From positions 1 to 64,000 of the forward strand of contig JABANN010000078.1 in NCBI GenBank assembly GCA_013115125.1: a stretch of DNA of 64,000 bases, given 5' to 3'. Below, one piece after another: positions 55,851 through 64,000 of this stretch. The notes below the pieces were generated by a model. That model was not told where the DNA came from. It worked only from the letters and a program-made list of their open reading frames with translations, and searched no databases. Source of the stretch: Perkinsus olseni. Its lineage: Eukaryota. Made by a program: the position numbers and the translations under genes. Position 1 is the stretch's first letter. Each line of letters opens with the position of its first letter.

Positions 55851-56824
55851 TTCGATAAAACCTCGTTAGAAGTCGTCGTAGGAAAACTGAGTTCCTCAAC
55901 CTGCCCGAAAAATCATTGGATTCGTCTGAGTCCAGAATTGACGAATAAAATTCGTTCGTATTTTGCCAGCTTCTTATGCGAACAAGATTCCTATCGGGTA
56001 CTAAACGATGTTACGAAAGCAACTTTCGAGAGCGGTGAGTTTGCCCGATGCCCACCGTCCTCCTCAGACTCACCAGAATGTAGGACTCGACGAACGACTT
56101 CTCTGCCCCCTTCTGCCACTGTGCTGCAACTGCGGCCCGTAGCGCCACTAAGGCTCTATTCACTTCTTCCATTCTGCTGTCGATGATCAACTCAAGCTGA
56201 TGATCAAAATGAGCAGAAGACAGTCCTGGGCGCGCGCTATCTTCACTGCAACAGCGCTCGCCAAATTATCCATAGCGAACAGGGAAGAGACGCTGTGCTT
56301 GATCACAAACTCATCCACTTTCATATATGATGTCAGCGTCAATCACCTTGAATCCCGTCTATTGATGTAGTGGTGATTCTTAAACAGTGGCGCTATAGAG
56401 ACTTCGCTGGAATTACAGTGGTTTGAGCTCCCTGTGCTCAGGGCATTCGGTTACCATCGAAACACCTCTTTAGAGTAGCGCTGATTGCTTGTTTGGGTCC
56501 TGTGTGCTTTCACATGCTCTTGACTCATTTCCCAGTGCAACACCGCTGCTGCCGAGAGAGTTAGCTGAACCAGCGTTACAAGGCTTTGGTCTTACAGTAC
56601 GCGGTCCAGTGTTACAGCTCGGTCACATGTCAAAACCCGTCCATTTTGAATGACTTCGTGTGGAGTTCCAAGTGAAGCAATCGTTTGAGAAATACATAGT
56701 TATACTGGCTCACACTCATCGCACAGTCGCGAAGACATCCGCTGTTGGTCGACGATGACTAACCCTGGGAATTGCCCTCTTCCAGACTTGAACCGGTGCC
56801 GGACTCGGGGTTTCCCTCTCCGTC

Positions 56825-59247
56825 ATGTTACTGCTATGGTTCGTTTCCGTCGCATCAGCGGCCGTCACTGACCCTACCGCAGCTCGACATGAGTTCCTTA
56901 AAAACGGCACTGTCGAGGTCGGCCAGTAACAGTCAAACAGGCGTGGTTGACGTGCCTCTCCAAAGTTTGAGTGAACGCTACCTCTCAGATCGTAGAGTAC
57001 GCAGTCCGACCGGGGTACTCAGCCGACGATGATATCGAGATCTTCTTTGGCGAATATCGGATCGCATGTGAGAGCGGCATCCCAATCCCTGGATCGGAGC
57101 CCTTGCGAATTGTCAGCATGGTTCGTGTCGATGGCACCGTGGAACATTTATCATGGGGGTCTTCAGTTCAAATGCAGAAGGACCAATTACACGTGAGCTT
57201 CGATCGTTTCGACCAACCATCGCAGTGGCACCCGGCCAATCGCACCTCAGTTTGTAGAGAAATGCTAGAAGAGCTTTCCCTATCGCCACCCAGAGCAGAA
57301 GCGACGGGCAGCGGTGATCGTCTATCTGCATGCTATCTTGAGCGCTGCAGGTATACTATTGACTATAACGCTAAGTTTGACTTCAACATAACACACTTCT
57401 TGGTCCCGACAGAACAGTATCGAGGAGATGTAGACGAGGATGGCTTCCCGACAGGCACGTCTCTGATCTACAGCACACGTGTCTGGATCAGCCGTGATAC
57501 TACACACAATCCACTCAGCACTCTTTGTCCGCCCCTGTCGCCCGCCGGCCAGTACAGACTGGACGGTACCTGTCTTCAGGTCCGGAAGTCCTGGATGCAA
57601 TTCGTACCCTTGCCAGTGTTACGCAACATAACTCCGAGTTAGACAATGAAATGCAGAATATGACGAAATTTGAATACGGCTGGAGTGTCGTCAAGGCCTT
57701 GAGAATGGCCCTCTCGGGTCAGTACAAAAACCCGAGAATCTACATAGTGTGTTCGGACTCAGCAATGCTGTAAATCTCACCCAAGCCTCTTCCGCCGACT
57801 GTCTCATCGGAGGTGGTCGTGTGCAGCAAGCACGAATTCAAGCCAGGGTTGCGTTCACCCTCCTCGGTATATCCCTAATTGTAACACAACAACTCTCTCA
57901 GCGCAATTCGCGAGTCGAACCTATTAGTACTGGTTGATAGTATGACTCGTCTCGGTACTATCGATAAGATGGGAACCGTTAATTTCGTATCCCTGGCTTC
58001 CTGCAGGCGATATGATCCCCGGACTTGAGTGGCGTAATTTTGGTATACTCAGACTCAGAGACTTCTGGCCACACGAGTACACCAATCGAACAAAGGTCAC
58101 ACGAGTCCTCCGCGCGCTGAACAGAGTTAGAGTTGGCAGGTTGGCGTGATGACCGGGCAGCAGTTCGACGAATTGAAGCGGTGGTTCGTAGAGGACTGGG
58201 CTAGACATAAAGACACCTTCGACCCTATCACTATCATCGATGCAGAAGCCGGGACACGTGTCTGGATGAGCCGAATGTGTCACGACCTGGTTGAGTATGG
58301 CCTCAAGAGAATGGCAGAGATGGGGGTGAGTAGGCCCGCAGTGGCCGCCTCCAAATGCTTGGAGGCACTTCATGGCTGCTTTTTGTGTCAATGCCGCTTC
58401 GATCTAGCACAGAAAGAAAACAATCGTGTGTCATTGTTCGTGTGCTGGCACCATGCCCAGCATCTCCGACCCCTAGGTTTCTCTGCGACCTGCCAGACCC
58501 CTGTTGAGAGACCACATCACAGTGTACGTGAAGCCTGGCTCATTGAAGCCCCTCGATGTCCGAGGCAACGCTTTCAACCGGAGGGCAGTTGCAAGATTCA
58601 TGCGAGTCTACCTCTCGTTCATACCCAAGCTGAGAGACCAGTTCATCCACGCCCGCGATTTCCTCAGAAAAGTGCCGGAGAGGCGGTTTTCTTGGCGCGC
58701 GACGTTTCCTTCAGGTCCTCGCCATGGACCTCACTCCAGTAGGCTACTTGATGGGTCAGTATTACGAGGCTGCGGTGGTCTCTCCTCTGGTCAACTACTG
58801 CTACGTACCATTGCGGATGCCCCGCCTGCTCCGGAACGGCACAGTCGTCTTCGGCGAGGTTGATGCCATGAAGCGCAATCGTTCGCTCTGCGCACTCAGA
58901 AATGATGATGTGGTGAGGCTCTCTGGGGTATGGCGAGCCCTCCGTTTCCCCCTCGTTACAAATTAAGGCGTATTTTGGCGTTGTGCCGTAGATGAAACCG
59001 GCAGCTCGTGGTCTCTCAGCTTTAGCTCGACTCGACTCACCGGCCTTACCTCCCGAACCCCCCTCAGGAGCTGGACAACGTCACCCTCACGCTTGAGGAC
59101 CGTCTCATCATGCTGGAGAACTACATAGATGTATTCTTCAACGCCCCCGAGCGACGTCCTCACTACCGTTGGGCGTTCATGACGATATCGGGTACGGTCT
59201 TATGTGCCCTCCTCTCTCTGGCGTACCTCGTACCTAAACGTGTTTGA
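56825..59247 (+). CDS. CLN5-like permuted papain-fold (NlpC/P60) protein with C-terminal TM, paralog 1
   Basis: Signal peptide MLLLWFVSVASAAV; DDDIEIF; IYHGGLQFKCRRTNYTYTIDY (His codon 57152-57154); VGVMTGQQFDELKRWF; WMSRMCHDLV (Cys codon 58278-58280); YYEAAVVSPLVNYCYVPL; TM before LVPKRV*. Confidence 0.7.
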
Positions 59248-59600
59248 TGCTGCCGTCTTTCATGCTTCACGATCGTGACATTCGCGTCCCCCCCAGTGCT
59301 GCTCAATCGGATGGCTATCGTAGCTCTACCCTGCACGGATGCTGCATTAACGAAGCATCAACGACAAACAAGATACGATTGATACCATGCCATCTAGGGC
59401 GACTCGCCACTGGCGAGCCCTGCATTTTCTAGGCCCTTGCAATTTGTGGCTCTTCTGTGTTAACCCTGAGCATTGTAGATCTCGATGCGTAAGCACTCGC
59501 CATCTCACAAGTACGAGCGCCCTCGTTTAGAACTGTTCATCAACCCTGCCAACGGCGATCGCCCTGACTGAATACGAGCTCACGCTGCTAGTTCATAACA

Positions 59601-61500
59601 ATGCAATCCCCTCGGCTGCTTTCTGCCAGCCTGCATGCCCTGGTGATCCTAGCGGCAGCCACTGAACCAGCACGGCATGAATTTCTCAAGGAGCGCACAA
59701 TAGAGGTGCTGCTGAGTTGCTCGCCTCCATTCCCGTGCAGCGTTGCCCCTCGCGAGTGGCGCATGCTCTTTGGCAGGTCCTCGAGTACGAGTCCTCGCCT
59801 GACTATACCCTAGACGATGTCATAGATATCTATGTTGGGGAGTATAAGGTCGCAGGTAAGCACATCGTTGGTGTGTTCGGAATCCGCAATGTAGACGAAT
59901 GAAAAGGAGAGTTTGAGGTTTACTATTGCTGGCTCCCTAGCATCTTGGTCACAGCGCTATCGCAGTAGTTGCTACGCGTCGTCCATCCTTCTGTCAGCAT
60001 GGTTCGTGTCGATGGCACCGTGGAACATTTATCATGGTGGCCTTCAGTTCAAATGCAGAAGGACCAATTACATGTGAGCTTCGATGAATCGTTATGAGGA
60101 GCTGAGAAGACCTGCGGCGGCCTGGCTTAGGTACACTATAGACTACAATGCCAAGTTCGATTCTAACATAACGCATTTCTTGGTGCCAACCGAGAAGTAC
60201 GAGGGTCAGCTCGACGACGACGGTTTCCCTACTGGTGGGCTTTGGGAAGTCTGTGGGGTTTTGTAGGGATCGGTCCCAGGTCCTGAGGTTATGCGGGCGG
60301 TGCGCACCCTTGCAAGCTTGGTGACGGGAGAGAGCCCCGATTACAGCGAGGACCACATGAAGAACCTTACCAAGTTTGAATATGGCTGGACGTTCATCAA
60401 GGCTCTCCGAATGGCGTTATCGGGCGAGTGCTGCCCAACCATACACTGGCCCAACCTCGATCTCTCAGGCGATATGATACCCGGCCTGGAATGGCGCAAT
60501 TTCGGTATTCTGCGATTCCGAGATTTCTGGCCCAAGGAGTACAGCTCCAGGGCCTTAGTATTGCCATGTTGACGAATCGTCGAACCCTCGCCTGCTTTCA
60601 GGTTGGCAACATGACAGGGCAGCAATTCGACTCCTTCAAACGGTGGTTTATCGAGGACTGGGCCCGCCCCAGAGACACCTTCGATCCCGTAACCGTCATC
60701 CAGGTCGAGTCAGGCGAGCGAATATGGATGAGCAGGATGTGTCATGATCTAGTCGAGCACGGCCTCAAACAGATGGTCGAAATGGGTGTATCTATCGACA
60801 AGACCGAGTGGTCCCGGAGGTTGCAGATGTCAGGTTTCTCTCCGCGCCAATCATCCGGTATTTCGTGATCACATCCCAGTTTATGTGAACTACATCAAAC
60901 CCCTTGACGTTCGAGGGAACAGCTTCGACAGACGAGCGGTCGTGAGGTTCCTCCGCCTCTACATGTCTTTCATACCGCAAATGCGGGAACAGTTCATCCA
61001 CTCGAGGGACATGCTCAGGAAGGTGAGCCATAATAGGGAAGTCTCAGGATCCAATCTCCTCGACTCAGGCTTTGGCCATGGGCCTCATGCCAGTGGGCTA
61101 CTTCATGGGGAGCTACTACGAGCTTGATATCGTTCCACCACTGATTAACTACTGCTACATCCCCCTCAACATGCCCCGTCTGCTGCCCAATGGCTCGGCT
61201 GTCTACGGGACAGTTGATGCGATGAACCCTAATCGGTCACTTTGTGCATTGCCGAATGTTGATGTGGTAAGTCTGGCATCTACAACGTTGGAGATGTTGA
61301 CTGCTCCCCAGGAGCTCGGCAACGTTACGCTCACGATCGAGGACCGTTTGATAATGTTGGAGAATTATGTGGACCTGTTGTTCAACGCCCCGGAGAGATT
61401 CGAGCACCCGAAGCATCGCAGCGTTTTCATGATGGTCACTGGAACGATTGCATCTGGTGTACTTCTCATCGCGTATTGGGCACGAAAGCACAAGTGCTGA
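59601..61500 (+). CDS. CLN5-like permuted papain-fold protein with C-terminal TM, paralog 2
   Basis: Same exon chain as paralog 1; His codon 60033-60035, Cys codon 60740-60742; TM VFMMVTGTIASGVLLIAYW followed by ARKHKC*. Confidence 0.7.
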
Positions 61501-62269
61501 CTCGACAGTGAAGAGGCTGCCTTGCATGTGAATCGCATGACGCGAATCTGCTATTGCTGTTGGACTATTGACTCGCGTTCTCGTAGTTTGTTTGGAGTAG
61601 AAGCGCTACGACGTAGACAGCCAGGTGTTGCTAGGGGAGCGGTGGCTCGCAGCTGCACCCTGCCCCACGATTTCTATGAGAAGAGCCTCTCACTTAGCAG
61701 AGGAGAGCTGGCGAGCTCGATCAGTCGGGCGAGTTGAATGGGTCGAGTGAACGCACTGACGAACCTCCTTCGCATGTCGCAGCCCGCATTAAACGCGTTC
61801 ATACAGAGCCGCGCCTTAGAACAGAAAGGCGCTTGACAGTGACGTCGTCGCGAGCATCTTTTCATATTCGGCCATGGACCCTCGTTTCAAGGCAAAAACT
61901 TGATCTAAGTTGTCAAGCCGCGAGCCTGATTTTTCGTTTGCTTGGTGAAAGGACATGCAGTGTAGGAACAGCGCGGAGACACCAGTAGCAAAAAAGCCCA
62001 AGTGCAGTATGGTGACATTATAGTGACGACTGTACGCTATGCATTAGCTGCCTCCCGGTCCAGAGCTACTCAACTGTTAGACTATCATCGCTGCCATTAC
62101 CTTCACTGCTACTGCGTATAATTAGTCTTGGATAACCGTCTGACCTCATTCTGGCCTCGCACTCGCATCCGTATGCGTTCTAGATTACCGTTCGCTATAA
62201 GTCGAATGACGGGCTCGATCCCTCCAATAAATGTTCGCAGACGCGCGCGGATGAGTTGGCAAGACATTT

Positions 62270-63725
62270 CCCTCAGTTGTTGAGATCAAGCGTTCAGATG
62301 CCCCCTCTCATCGGTGTTATTCTCCTCCTCGCTTGTAGTGGTCTAGTGCTAACTCAGCCGTCTGGTGAATATGGTGGTAATGTCTCAACTGTATTCGGCG
62401 ATGCTACGATCGATGTCGCATTCACAAGCCCAACCACCTTTGACATCTCGGCTACGTTCACTTCAACGGACGGAGGAGGAAACGGCACTGAGACGGGCGT
62501 TAGGTTCACTTACAACCCCTCAACAGGCGACATCACCGTTCAGGACACAGACAAGCTGCAGGAACTGATTAATAAAATAGGAGCGCCCATCAGTGCAGCT
62601 GACCTCGCTAACCTCAAGTATGACGGGAAGAATATTATCGTTGTGAACTTGGGTAACTTCGTTCTGAGGCCATGCTGAAGAATCGGTTGCCAGGAGTCTC
62701 CTATAGTGATTTAATCTTCTTGATTGTCTTCCAATGTCTCTTCCAGCCAGTCGGTTATCGGTCGGATGTCACTTCTTGAAAACTAATCATGCGTCTCCAG
62801 ACTAGGCCCACACATGCCTTTTCAGCAGTCTAAGCCGTACCCATCTCAACTCTTTTATGTGCGATGTTTTCGATGAGTACCACCATTGCTTCGAAGTCTT
62901 ATCCTCATCCCACGTCACTTTCGCATCATCTTTCAATGGTCTAGTCCTCGTATATGAAGTCTGGCTATTAGTCAGGGATGAAGCTTCTTGACCGACTTAA
63001 TGAAGTCGGACTTTCAAGTTACGTTCAGAGGCGAGAGGGGCTTGAAGACAAGTCCATCATCAGTCTGTGACGGTGAGTCAGTGTACTTGCTGTGTCTGCA
63101 AGTCATTGACTTGCGTCTGCAATGCAGATTGACATTGTTCCGTCTTTCGCAAGGCACAAACAGACCTCACGCCCCTGAGAAACTGGGGTCAACCTCCTGC
63201 TGATAATGGCACAATGTGTGAGTTAGACTTGTCCTTAGTGGACATCTCTCCGTGGCAGTCTCAGTGTGTATTAGATCCTGTGACAGAATCCTGCTCAGTG
63301 AGCTGGCAACAAAAAAGTCCTCAGCATAGCACAACCCTCCTCGCAGTGTCCGTCAGCAACACCTCGAACCATAAAGAGGAGGGCTACGGGTGGATGACTC
63401 GAGTAGGGGAGAGTCCACAACCCGGACCCCATTGTGGAGCAATACGGATCAGCACTGCGACGGACGAGGAAAGATGAAGTCTTCACTCTCATTCCCTGTC
63501 GTCCGATCACCTCACCGAGCGATAAGCTGATGAACTGATCTCCTCTACCGGAGAGTATCGAGACTCGCGTTGAGATGCTCGCGTTCCCCAAGAGGAATAC
63601 AGCGTTAACACCGCTATGAGGTGGAAGGTACCGCAGTATCGCGGCCTCTCCCATCTCATTCTAACTCGTACTGACGAGACTGCACGCGTTATCATACGTT
63701 GATATATCCAGAGGTTTGTTAACAA
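62270..63725 (+). repeat. Segmental duplicate of 46800-48077 joined to 50631-51060
   Basis: Collinear matches across the gene, its 3' flank (GAGAATCCT versus CAGAATCCT), then TG(T/C)TCAGTGAG...CACCTCGAACC...TTTGTTAACAACT. Confidence 0.8.
62298..62678 (+). CDS. Small secreted protein (126 aa), copy 2
   Basis: Paralog of 46832-47212; the 3' half is almost identical. Confidence 0.75.
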   Translation: MPPLIGVILLLACSGLVLTQPSGEYGGNVSTVFGDATIDVAFTSPTTFDISATFTSTDGGGNGTETGVRFTYNPSTGDITVQDTDKLQELINKIGAPISAADLANLKYDGKNIIVVNLGNFVLRPC

Positions 63726-64000
63726 CTCTGAGGACAACAGGTTGAGGAATAAACCTGTTATCAGCAGTACGACGTGGGACGGCGTTTAGTTCATTAGGTG
63801 CTGTCACGACCTTAGGATGCGATGAGCGGAACATCTCGGCCGCGTTCGTTTTGACTGGTACGGACTACGTTGCCCGGCGTGGTCAAGTCACAGGCATTTC
63901 TGACGTGGTCGACCAGACTGACCACCGAATCAACGTAACTCTCCCGGAAACGGCTGGGCTACGTGTCATCACTGACGTTGGTGAATACCCGGATAAGTGC

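Noticed and set aside
59941-59970. HLGHSAIAV as the CLN5-like catalytic His motif
   Set aside because: It lies in an intron and is absent from paralog 1. The shared exon IYHGGL fits better.

Overview
Gene-dense eukaryotic DNA with many short GT-AG introns, so the ORF track mostly shows exon fragments. Gene content and architecture suggest an alveolate, probably Perkinsus (inference). Recognisable genes are WDR4/Trm82, a kinesin-14, a GT61 glycosyltransferase with a hevein-like module, an NDR-like AGC kinase, an ACBP-ankyrin protein, acetyl-CoA synthetase, an EF-hand protein, SelO, a single-domain voltage-gated channel, an ACC carboxyltransferase-like fragment, two tandem CLN5-like genes and a duplicated small secreted protein. 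Several features are not visible in the ORF track. (1) A subtilisin gene is split into two oppositely oriented halves; flipping the segment between a 6-bp inverted repeat rebuilds an intact 446-aa protease. (2) SelO has a C-terminal in-frame UGA and a non-canonical SECIS hairpin. (3) Four C/D-box snoRNAs sit in a cluster. (4) Two intronic hAT-type elements have perfect 8-bp target-site duplications. Gene boundaries are approximate where exon chains were reconstructed by eye.
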